This document shows, piece after piece, positions 1 through 8,375 of a DNA stretch of 64,000 nt. The position numbers and the translations under genes were made by a program. Source of the stretch: Acidobacteriota bacterium (lineage in GTDB: Bacteria > Acidobacteriota > Blastocatellia > Pyrinomonadales > Pyrinomonadaceae). The stretch spans positions 43,644 through 107,643 of the forward strand of contig JBDTUT010000008.1 in the NCBI GenBank assembly GCA_040007515.1. The letters run 5' to 3'. How positions within the stretch are numbered: the first letter of the stretch is position 1; each line of letters starts with the position of its first letter. The notes under the pieces are model-generated. The model was not told the origin of the DNA. It was given only the letters and a program-made list of their open reading frames with translations, and did not search any database.

Positions 1-159
1 ATCTTTGAATCGAACGAAAGTCAGGTAAAGGCGTATCGGGGCGGCAACGACAAACTCTTCGGTTTTTTCGTCGGCCAGGTTATGAAGGCGTCCGAAGGCA
101 AAGCCAACCCCAAGATCGTCAACGAGATACTCAAACGAAAGTTGTCGTCGGAAACTTAG
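1..159 (+). CDS. gatB: GatB (Asp/Glu-tRNA amidotransferase subunit B), C-terminal fragment; gene continues left of the window
   Basis: Frame 1 is open from base 1 to TAG at 157-159. Translation ...[31 protein letters not shown] is the conserved GatB/YqeY-type C-terminal tail. Confidence 0.65.
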   Translation: MFESNESQVKAYRGGNDKLFGFFVGQVMKASEGKANPKIVNEILKRKLSSET

Positions 160-166
160 ATAAAGT

Positions 167-1177
167 ATGCGGAATGTGTTTTGGCCAATCGTGGTGAATT
201 TGTTCGGGACCGTGATCACATTCGGCCAGCAGCCCGCTCCCGCGCCTTCGCCTCCGCCTGCTCCGGCCTCGACGCCTAACACAAACCGGATACCGTCACG
301 GATCTCACGATCCGGCCTTCCGCCGTTCAACGCCGTCGGCACTTCGGCGGGATTTGGTTCGCCGATCGAGGCCGATCCGATGGCGAGGCGGATGATGCTA
401 GTGCAGAAGTATGCGGTGCCGATGTACCGCAAACCCACCGGTAAAGAACTTAAGCCGCTCGCGCCGGACAGCGCGATCACGGCCAAGTATAGTGAACTAT
501 TGCGAAAGAATGACTCGGGAATCTTTAAGCTTGTTCCCGATTCCGGCTGTGCGGAAAGCACGAAGGTCGTTAATGCCAGCGAAAAGTGCTTGAAATATCT
601 CTTTCCGGGCGCTGCCAATTCGTTTTCATTTCGAACCGGCAATTATCGAGTGCGGCAGCTTGCCGATATCACCTACGTTGCGGGCGGGTTCTGGACGACT
701 GGCGTACTTATGCACGGGTTAATGGTTGACTTGGGTGACATCCCGCTGGAGCAGGTCACAGCTCGAACGCCCGCTATCGCGTTCATAAACAATTTCCAAC
801 CGATGAGTGATTTCACGGAAGCGATGGCGGTAGACAAACTGTTGACCGACGGGGTCCGCAGAGACGGTTATCTATATCGGCGGAACCTGCCGGTCGCCTC
901 GGCTCACACATTCGTGATTCGAGCGATTGCTTACCAGGGACGCGTTATGCGGGCCGTGAAAGGCGCTGCCTACAACGAGCTCGATTTCGATAAGCGAAAC
1001 GACGTTACTGTCGCGTTCCGAGTGGAGAGGATCGATTACGACGGAGCCGTCACGATAGTCTGGACAAAGCTGTCGTCCGCTCGGTCGCCGAAACTGAAAG
1101 TTCCATCCAACGAAGACCCCGCGAAATTTATCGGAAAGGATCGCGGCACCGACGATTCCACGGACGACCCTCAGTAA
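167..1177 (+). CDS. hypothetical secreted protein with Pro/Ala-rich N-terminal linker
   Basis: 336-aa ORF starting 8 nt after the gatB stop. Hydrophobic N-terminus followed by PAPAPSPPPAPASTP low complexity. No family recognised. Confidence 0.5.
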   Translation: MRNVFWPIVVNLFGTVITFGQQPAPAPSPPPAPASTPNTNRIPSRISRSGLPPFNAVGTSAGFGSPIEADPMARRMMLVQKYAVPMYRKPTGKELKPLAPDSAITAKYSELLRKNDSGIFKLVPDSGCAESTKVVNASEKCLKYLFPGAANSFSFRTGNYRVRQLADITYVAGGFWTTGVLMHGLMVDLGDIPLEQVTARTPAIAFINNFQPMSDFTEAMAVDKLLTDGVRRDGYLYRRNLPVASAHTFVIRAIAYQGRVMRAVKGAAYNELDFDKRNDVTVAFRVERIDYDGAVTIVWTKLSSARSPKLKVPSNEDPAKFIGKDRGTDDSTDDPQ

Positions 1178-1189
1178 ATTAGAAATGCG

Positions 1190-1906
1190 ATGAAATTAAA
1201 CGGAAAGTCGGCAGTCGTCACCGGAGCGACAAAAGGCATCGGTTATTCGATAGCTAAAAGTTTGCTGCGGGCGGGCACCCAAGTGCTGATTTGCGGTCGG
1301 TCCGAAAGTGATTTGGCTCGTGCATCGAGCGAACTCACTGCCAACGGGCGGGTCGAAGGAGTTGTGGCGGATGTTCGCAGCGAGGAGCAGGTTCGACTGA
1401 TGCTGGAACGATGCGAGCAGTTGTTCGGCGGCGTGGATATTCTGGTTAATAATGCCGGCATTGGCATTATGGGGAAGACTGTCGAGGAAATGCCGGGAGA
1501 CGAATTCCGGCAAACGGTTGAGACAAATTTGTTCGGCGTCTTTTATGCATGTCATTACGCGATCCCGATGATGAAAAAGCGAGGCGGCGGTTATATCATC
1601 AATATCTCATCGCTGGCCGGCCAGAACGCCCATCCGCGAATGGCTGCGTATAATGCGTCGAAGTTTGGGTTGAACGGTTTCTCGGAAGCACTTATGCAGG
1701 AGGTGCGGGCCGATAACATCAAGCTTAGCTATATCTGCCCGGGAAGCGTGAACACATATTTCGGCGGCGATACGCCAAGCGACGACCAGTCGTGGCAGCT
1801 GCAGCCGGGTGATATTGCACAAGTTGTTATCGATCTGCTGGAAATGCCAGACCGTGCGTTACCGAGCAAGGTCGAGATACGGCCGAGCTCGCCGCCGCAG
1901 AAATAG
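1190..1906 (+). CDS. SDR-family short-chain dehydrogenase/reductase
   Basis: TGATKGIG cofactor motif, NNAG, and catalytic YNASK (YxxxK). Length of 238 aa is typical. Confidence 0.85.
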   Translation: MKLNGKSAVVTGATKGIGYSIAKSLLRAGTQVLICGRSESDLARASSELTANGRVEGVVADVRSEEQVRLMLERCEQLFGGVDILVNNAGIGIMGKTVEEMPGDEFRQTVETNLFGVFYACHYAIPMMKKRGGGYIINISSLAGQNAHPRMAAYNASKFGLNGFSEALMQEVRADNIKLSYICPGSVNTYFGGDTPSDDQSWQLQPGDIAQVVIDLLEMPDRALPSKVEIRPSSPPQK

Positions 1907-1923
1907 TTCGAATGTCACACCGG

Positions 1924-4749
1924 TCACGAAGAATGTCGATCATCAAATTGATTCGGGTTCGCTCGGCCGAACTGTTCTACCAATGCCAACAGATCAACTT
2001 CCTCGTAAGGTTTTGCAAGATACCCCGTCACACCGACCTCAAATGCCTTTTCACGATGTTTCTCGCCTGCCCGAGATGTGATCATGATCACGGGAATCTC
2101 TGATAATCCTTCGGTGCGTTTGAGCGTCGATACTAATTCGTATCCGTCCATCCGCGGCATTTCAATATCGCTGAGAATAATATCCGGAAGTGACTTTGCC
2201 AATTTTAGCTGTTCGAGCGCGTCAATGCCGTCCTTTGCGGTTTTTACGACCCAGCCGGCGCCCGCGATCACTTTCGAAGTCATGTGACGAACGCTCGGGC
2301 TATCATCCACGATCATAACTGTGATCTGGTCGGCCCTGAGTTCGGGTTCCTTCCGCAGAGTGATCGGCATCGTTGTGGAATTAAGCAAGTGGGGCATATC
2401 TAGGATCGGCACAAGTTCACCATTGCCTAAGATCGCGGCGCCAAGAATGCCGCTGATGTTTTCGAGTGGTCGGCCAAGAGATTTGATAACGACTTCTTCG
2501 GTCCGCACGATCTCGTCGATGGCTACGAGGTAGGACTTGCCCCCCGTCTCAATCTGAAGTGCGTTGAAAAAAGACCGGTTGGTCTCAATGTTCGACGGGG
2601 CGGCGATCAGTTCGGACAGCGGACTTAGCGGTACGGCCGACGAGCCAATATTGACGCAGCGTATTCCGTCCTTTTCGAAAACCTCGGTTTCCTTTAATTC
2701 ACTCACGCGAGTGATCAGTTTTATCGGGACTGCCAGGGTTTGGCGTCCGCATTTCACAAGCAGAGCGTTCGTGACCGCGAGCTTTAGCGGGACCCGGATC
2801 GTAAACAGCGTACCTTTCTGAGGGAATGATTCGATTGAGATCTGCCCGCGTTGCGCCTCGAGGCTTTCCTTGATAATGCTCATTCCGACGCCGCGGCCGG
2901 CGCTCAGGTTTAGCTTTTCGGCCGTCGTGAGCCCAGATACAAACATCAGGTCACACGCTTCGTTATCGCTCATCGCATCTGCCTGCTCGCGGTTGATCCG
3001 TCCGGTTTCGACAGCTTTTTCCTTAAGTGCCGCCAGGGCAATGCCGCGGCCGTCATCTTTTACGGTAAGGACGACGTGCGTTTCTTCGTTGGTGACGTTG
3101 AGAGTTATCTCGCCGGTCTCAGATTTCCCTAGCATTCGGCGGGTATCCGGTGTTTCAACACCGTGAACGACGGCATTTTTCAACAGATGCATCAGCGGTT
3201 CGGCTAACCCGTCGAGGATCTGCGTGTCGAGTTCCTGCTTTTCATTTTGAATCGTTAAGCGAACTTTCTTTCCGGCCTCTTCGCAAGTCACGCTTACAAC
3301 GCGTTGGAGCCTGGTGGCGAGCGAACTGAACTCGACCATCCGGATCCCCATCAATTTTTCCTGCATTTCCTCGATCAGAAAGCGCTGGTGTTCGAACAGA
3401 GTCTCGAAGCTGCCGTGGACAATGTCCAGTGCGTTACCGATCGCGACCGTATCGCTAGCAGCTTCGGAAAGCTGCCTTGTACTTTGATGAAACTCGGTAT
3501 AGCGATCGAATTCCAAGTCGTCGAAGGCCGCCGTTCCTACGGGTGCATACCGTCGATCGGTGGCTGCCGTTCGCCGGCCGACCGTTGGTGAGCTAAGCAT
3601 CGACGCTTCGAAATCGATTTCCAGTTTGCCGCTCGTACTCTGCAAGCGACGCGTTGCGTTGGTTAGCTCGTCGATCTGGGTTTCGAGGTCACGCAGCCGC
3701 TGTTCAAAGATCGAGCGGTCGATCAATAGATCGCGGGTTATGCGTACCAAATGATCAAGTCGTTCAAGCGGAACGCGGACGATCGACCGCCGTCGAAAGT
3801 GCGAGCCGTGTTCCGGGCCGGACGATGGAATCTCAAGCAAGGCATCCGGATCTCTCAGTATCGGCGGAACGGGCGAAAGCGTCTCGACCATCTCGACGGT
3901 TTCAGCCGGAGGAACGGAGGCGGGCGACGCAAGAGCCAGGAGAACGCGGTCGAATTCGCGATACACGTTCGCCACCTTTTCCTGCAGTTGCCGAGATGTG
4001 TCGCCGCTCGTCATTGCCTGAAGGCAATCGGTCGAATTCCGCAGAACGTCGAATAGCGGTACCGTCGACCGGAAATCGTTTTCCGCCATCCGATCGAGCA
4101 AATCTTCCACGCGGTGAGCAAGCTCAGACGGTTTCTTGAATCCCACGATACCGGCGGCGCCTTTGAACGTATGGGCGTTTCGCCGTATCGCCCACAGAGC
4201 GTCACGGTCATCGGGGTTTCTGCGCATTGAGTCAAGGCTCGACTCGATATTCTTGAGAAGGCCTTCAGCTTCAAGTGCAAAGACCTCGAGCAATTCTTCG
4301 TCGATGTCAAAACCAACGAGTTCATCGGAACCGTCCGCAGATTGCTCTTCCAGAAACGCCCCGTCGGCGACGCACTGCAGCGAATCGAAAGATTCGTCAA
4401 CGAAGGCAGCGACGTCGATCGACGGGCCAGATTCCCCGAAGTAGTTCTGCAGCAGAGCTTCCTCGAGCTCGGCGAGACGGTCGAGAAGGGAAGCAGTTTC
4501 GGATTGGGCTACCGGCCGATTTTCGGCGGCGATCGCCGACAGCGCCGATCCGAGCTCCGCGGCCTTAACCTCCGTATCAGTGATGCCGCAGCCCGACGCT
4601 CCAGCACAGATCATCGACGCCATTTCGATGAGCGTAGAAATGTCCGATGCGTCAGAGCCGGGTTGAGCAAGTGTCAATATGCCGCGCCGCAGCGAGGGTA
4701 TCTCGATCGCGGCTTCCGCAATGAAATTTTGAATGTTGTCGGGTTCCAT
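1924..4749 (-). CDS. hybrid CheA-type histidine kinase (ChpA/PilL-like): Hpt, dimerisation, HATPase, CheW-like and C-terminal receiver domains
   Basis: Hpt motif RRNAHTFKGAAGIVGF. N-box HLLKNAVVHGVE, G1 DDGRGI, G2 GRGVGMS. CheW-like segment. C-terminal REC (VMIVDDSPSVR...DIEMPRMDGYEL...LAKP). Confidence 0.85.
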   Translation of the reverse strand: MEPDNIQNFIAEAAIEIPSLRRGILTLAQPGSDASDISTLIEMASMICAGASGCGITDTEVKAAELGSALSAIAAENRPVAQSETASLLDRLAELEEALLQNYFGESGPSIDVAAFVDESFDSLQCVADGAFLEEQSADGSDELVGFDIDEELLEVFALEAEGLLKNIESSLDSMRRNPDDRDALWAIRRNAHTFKGAAGIVGFKKPSELAHRVEDLLDRMAENDFRSTVPLFDVLRNSTDCLQAMTSGDTSRQLQEKVANVYREFDRVLLALASPASVPPAETVEMVETLSPVPPILRDPDALLEIPSSGPEHGSHFRRRSIVRVPLERLDHLVRITRDLLIDRSIFEQRLRDLETQIDELTNATRRLQSTSGKLEIDFEASMLSSPTVGRRTAATDRRYAPVGTAAFDDLEFDRYTEFHQSTRQLSEAASDTVAIGNALDIVHGSFETLFEHQRFLIEEMQEKLMGIRMVEFSSLATRLQRVVSVTCEEAGKKVRLTIQNEKQELDTQILDGLAEPLMHLLKNAVVHGVETPDTRRMLGKSETGEITLNVTNEETHVVLTVKDDGRGIALAALKEKAVETGRINREQADAMSDNEACDLMFVSGLTTAEKLNLSAGRGVGMSIIKESLEAQRGQISIESFPQKGTLFTIRVPLKLAVTNALLVKCGRQTLAVPIKLITRVSELKETEVFEKDGIRCVNIGSSAVPLSPLSELIAAPSNIETNRSFFNALQIETGGKSYLVAIDEIVRTEEVVIKSLGRPLENISGILGAAILGNGELVPILDMPHLLNSTTMPITLRKEPELRADQITVMIVDDSPSVRHMTSKVIAGAGWVVKTAKDGIDALEQLKLAKSLPDIILSDIEMPRMDGYELVSTLKRTEGLSEIPVIMITSRAGEKHREKAFEVGVTGYLAKPYEEVDLLALVEQFGRANPNQFDDRHSS

Positions 4750-4758
4750 CGAACGGAT

Positions 4759-6264
4759 CTAGTTTACAAAACTGCTTAGCTGGGACGGGTCGTGGCCGTT
4801 CATTTCGGCCGGAAGCTTGAACGGAGCGACAGAATTTCGCAGGTCGCCTGAAAGCTGAACAAGCAGGCGAACGGATTCGGTCGCACGACGTGAACCGTTT
4901 TGGACCAGTTCCGTTACCTCCGAAATATTCTCCATCGCACTCGAGATATCTTCGGAACTCTTCGCCTGAACTTTTGCCGAATCCGAGATCGAATGGAGGA
5001 TGTCCGATAGGCGACTCGATACGTTCTCGATCTCGATGAGCGATTGCCCAGCCTTGTCGGCCAGGGTCGAACCGACTACGACTTCATGTATCGTTTCCTC
5101 CATGGAAGCGACAACTTCTTTGGTTTCGGTATTGATGGTTTGCGTGAGCGCCGAGATCTGTTGGGTCAGCCGGTTCGATCGTTCCGCGAGACGTTCGACC
5201 TCTTCGGCCACAACCGCAAAGCCGTTGCCCGACTCGCCGGCGGCGGACGCCTGAAGAGAAGCGTTCAAGGCAAGGAGCCCGGTGCGGTCCGACAGATCAT
5301 CGATCAAAGCGACGATCTGCCCGATCTCCTGCGATCGTTCGCCGAGCTTCTTGATCCGCTTTGCGGTTTCCTGCACCTGTTTGCGGACGCAATTCATCGC
5401 GTCGATGTTTTCGCGTGCCGCCTTGTTTCCCGACCTCGCCGAATTGAGTGACTCCGCCGCGACGAGAGCCGATAGCGAAGCGTTTTTCGACACTTCCTGG
5501 ATCTCCGCCGCCATTGCCGATATCGCGGCCGTTGTTCGGTTGATCTGCGAAGCCTGCACCACGCTTCCGCGGGCCAGTTGCTCGGTCGTGTCGCTGATCG
5601 CATTGGCGGACGACCCAACCTGCACCGTTACGTCCTTTACCTGTTTGATCAGTGTACGCAGATTGCGGGTCATCGAGTTGAACGCACCCGCGATCTCGCC
5701 CGTAACCTCGGGCCCCATTTCTGCCTGGACGGTAAGATCGCCGGCGGAAACTTCGGACACTTCGTCAAGCAGTTTTAAAATGGATCTCTGCAGGCTGTCA
5801 CGCGTCGTCTCGGTTCCGACCACTTCGCGAAGCCTTTCGGTCATATCCTGTAAAGCCATCCCAAGAACGTCCGAATCGGAGCGAAGAGCGACGTTCGCGG
5901 CCAACTCGCCGCTCTCGATCTTCATAACGTGCGAGGCACGTTCGGCAAGATAAACCGATATGTCCATGAACGAACTCATAACCTGCGACGCGTCGGCATC
6001 GCCGAGCAGCTGCCCTAGAGAAAGCCGGTGAGCGGCATCGTCGGCGAGTTCGAGCTGCCGCTGCAAATGGACATGCGATAAATTGACGGCGATCAATGAG
6101 AACAGCGAAATGACCACAGCAAATACAAGTGTGCTAAGGCCGGCGGTATGATTTTGCGTCAGGCCGAAACTTGCTGCGAATAACAAAGCCCCAGCACTCA
6201 GAAGAAAAAGCGCCGCCGCGGCCGATGACACTTTCAAGATCAAATTCCAAAGAGGGTTTTGCAT
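4759..6264 (-). CDS. methyl-accepting chemotaxis protein (PilJ-like)
   Basis: Two N-terminal TM helices. Canonical MCP signalling hairpin LLALNASLQASAAGESGNGFAVVAEEVERLAERS. Confidence 0.85.
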   Translation of the reverse strand: MQNPLWNLILKVSSAAAALFLLSAGALLFAASFGLTQNHTAGLSTLVFAVVISLFSLIAVNLSHVHLQRQLELADDAAHRLSLGQLLGDADASQVMSSFMDISVYLAERASHVMKIESGELAANVALRSDSDVLGMALQDMTERLREVVGTETTRDSLQRSILKLLDEVSEVSAGDLTVQAEMGPEVTGEIAGAFNSMTRNLRTLIKQVKDVTVQVGSSANAISDTTEQLARGSVVQASQINRTTAAISAMAAEIQEVSKNASLSALVAAESLNSARSGNKAARENIDAMNCVRKQVQETAKRIKKLGERSQEIGQIVALIDDLSDRTGLLALNASLQASAAGESGNGFAVVAEEVERLAERSNRLTQQISALTQTINTETKEVVASMEETIHEVVVGSTLADKAGQSLIEIENVSSRLSDILHSISDSAKVQAKSSEDISSAMENISEVTELVQNGSRRATESVRLLVQLSGDLRNSVAPFKLPAEMNGHDPSQLSSFVN

Positions 6265-6270
6265 TTGTGC

Positions 6271-7833
6271 TTATTTGTCGCTGCCATTCAAGACTGATTC
6301 TCCCGGCGTTGCGGCCTCGGGTGCTGGAAGCGAGGAGTTAAAGGAGAGTTCCTTCGACGGAATCACGGCCACAGAGCGAAAATCGGCGACCGCATCACGT
6401 AATATGTCGGCGGAATTGATGATCGTTTCGAGATTGCTCTCCGATTTTTTCAGCAGCGAGACTCGGTCGACTCCCTGAAACTGTGTCGTCAGAGCTTTTA
6501 CGATCGACTCGTTCGCCGTCGAGCGTTCGCCGGCGTAGGTTTTCAACGCCGTCAGAACTGCATTTATCCGGCCGACATTGCTTTCGATATCGTTTAGTGA
6601 GTCCGCCTGCCGGCACGCGACGTTATTGATCTCGGGCAACTCGGACGCGATCGCGCCCAGTGACGCCTCGAGCTTCAATAGGTCAGAAACGAGTGACTCG
6701 TTGATTGCTACGATCTCTTTGTGAACCGCTTCGGCCCGAAGCGATAAACCCGCGACTTCCTCTGCGAGAATTTGCTCGGTGCCGACTTGCACGCCCTGAA
6801 TCGCCGTGTTGAGAGCAATGATGTTCGAGCGACGGGCGATCTCCTCGGTTCGTCTCGCGGCCTGTGGAATAGCGTTTGTCCTTTCGCGAAGCAAGTCAAG
6901 CTGTTTTCGCGACTCGCCGACGAAACCTCGCAGGCGGTCGATCGTCTCGACCTGCGAGACGGGGCTGACCTCGCCGGCTCGCAGACTTCCGTTGACATCG
7001 CGGACGGCCGTTGCCAATTGTTCGGTCAGCTCACTAAATTGCTCCGGTGATTCCGACAGCAGAGATGCAGCTTTTTTGAGGCGGTCGGCCTGGCCGCCTT
7101 CGGCTTCAATAACGGTCCGCACGATCTTTTTTGCTTCTACCGCAGCATCCTTTGTCGCGGACGAACCCGAAGACACGTGACGGACAAGCTCGCTGAGGCT
7201 TCCGAGAACGTATTTGAAGGAGTCGACAATCTCGTTCGTTTGCCACATATCGCCGCGAAACTGGACCGACAGATCTCCTGAACGAACACCGGAAACATCA
7301 CTTCTTAATCGATTAATGGAACCCTGCAGTGCATCGAGCTGCTGTTTTGCCTTGATCGATTCGATGACCTTGGAAACCAGTTTCTGAAAGGAAACGCTGA
7401 GTCGATCGGGATTTTGCAGCGGCGCCATTGCGGCGTCGGTCTTCCCGCTCGCCACGTCGTCCATCAAGCCGATCAAGTTTTGTAATTGCTGGCTGTTACG
7501 GTGAAGAGAGCTGAGCAGTTCGTCGGTTTCGCTAGCTCCGGTAGTTTTCGGCAGGGAAGCGGACGGGCTGCGTTCAAGGCTGCGGGCGAGCAGGCTGACG
7601 GCTTCGATCGGGCGAAGTATCTCATTGCTGAGCCACCACCCGAATAGGGCCGTGGCCGCCGTCATAGCGGCGACTGCTGAAACTACCGCGTATATTGGTT
7701 CAGAGATGACGAACGAAACCGCCAGATAGCCCAAAAAACCGAAAATTGAATTGAAAACAACGAGCGCCGCGACGGCGAGAAGAATTCGGTTTCGAAGTGA
7801 GCTAAGAAGGAATTCTGATGATTGCTTTGCCAT
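6271..7833 (-). CDS. MCP-like transmembrane coiled-coil protein with a shortened, degenerate signalling tip
   Basis: Two TM helices plus a HAMP-like WWLSNEILRPIEAVSLLARSLE. Long heptad region. The tip reads IIALNTAIQGVQVGTEQILAEEVAGL and lacks the E-x-G-x-GFAVVA core. Confidence 0.6.
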   Translation of the reverse strand: MAKQSSEFLLSSLRNRILLAVAALVVFNSIFGFLGYLAVSFVISEPIYAVVSAVAAMTAATALFGWWLSNEILRPIEAVSLLARSLERSPSASLPKTTGASETDELLSSLHRNSQQLQNLIGLMDDVASGKTDAAMAPLQNPDRLSVSFQKLVSKVIESIKAKQQLDALQGSINRLRSDVSGVRSGDLSVQFRGDMWQTNEIVDSFKYVLGSLSELVRHVSSGSSATKDAAVEAKKIVRTVIEAEGGQADRLKKAASLLSESPEQFSELTEQLATAVRDVNGSLRAGEVSPVSQVETIDRLRGFVGESRKQLDLLRERTNAIPQAARRTEEIARRSNIIALNTAIQGVQVGTEQILAEEVAGLSLRAEAVHKEIVAINESLVSDLLKLEASLGAIASELPEINNVACRQADSLNDIESNVGRINAVLTALKTYAGERSTANESIVKALTTQFQGVDRVSLLKKSESNLETIINSADILRDAVADFRSVAVIPSKELSFNSSLPAPEAATPGESVLNGSDK

Positions 7834-7859
7834 TTATTCGCTCTAAAATGATGAACTTT

Positions 7860-8375
7860 TTAAGAACCAAGGGCCGCCCTGATCGCGGTCGGACTTATAA
7901 TTTTTATGGTATTTCCGCCACACTTCGCGGTTCCCCAAAAGATCGACTTGGCTTGTGGGTTGACGCTCAGGTCGACGTTCGCCAAAGTCGCGAGTTCATG
8001 CATTTTGTCGACTTTGAATGCCGCCTGCGTTTCATTCTCAGATTTTCCGAGAACGACGCACTTTGAACGAGCTGACGATGTCACGGCGTTTCGTCCCAGC
8101 ATGCGGCCTACGTCGATCACTGCGACGATCTCGCCTCTAAGAGGTGAGATGCCCGAGAGGAACTCCGGCCCGTGCGGGAGAGGCGAGACCGGAAGCGGAT
8201 GAGTCACCTCTGAAACCTCGTCAGCCGCTAGACCGTAGAGATCGTCGCCAAAAAAGAACGTCACAAATCGGGTCGAGCCAGCCGGATTCGATGCGGCCGT
8301 CTCCTCAGCGACAACTTTCATCTCCAACACGTCAGAATGGGTTTGTGGATTGATTTCAAGGATCGAGGCGGTCAT
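7860..8375 (-). CDS. CheW-like coupling protein (PilI-like)
   Basis: 171 aa. FVTFFFGDDLYGLAADEVSEV ... SPLRGEIVAVIDVGRMLG is typical CheW. Its start overlaps the upstream gene stop. Confidence 0.8.
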   Translation of the reverse strand: MTASILEINPQTHSDVLEMKVVAEETAASNPAGSTRFVTFFFGDDLYGLAADEVSEVTHPLPVSPLPHGPEFLSGISPLRGEIVAVIDVGRMLGRNAVTSSARSKCVVLGKSENETQAAFKVDKMHELATLANVDLSVNPQAKSIFWGTAKCGGNTIKIISPTAIRAALGS

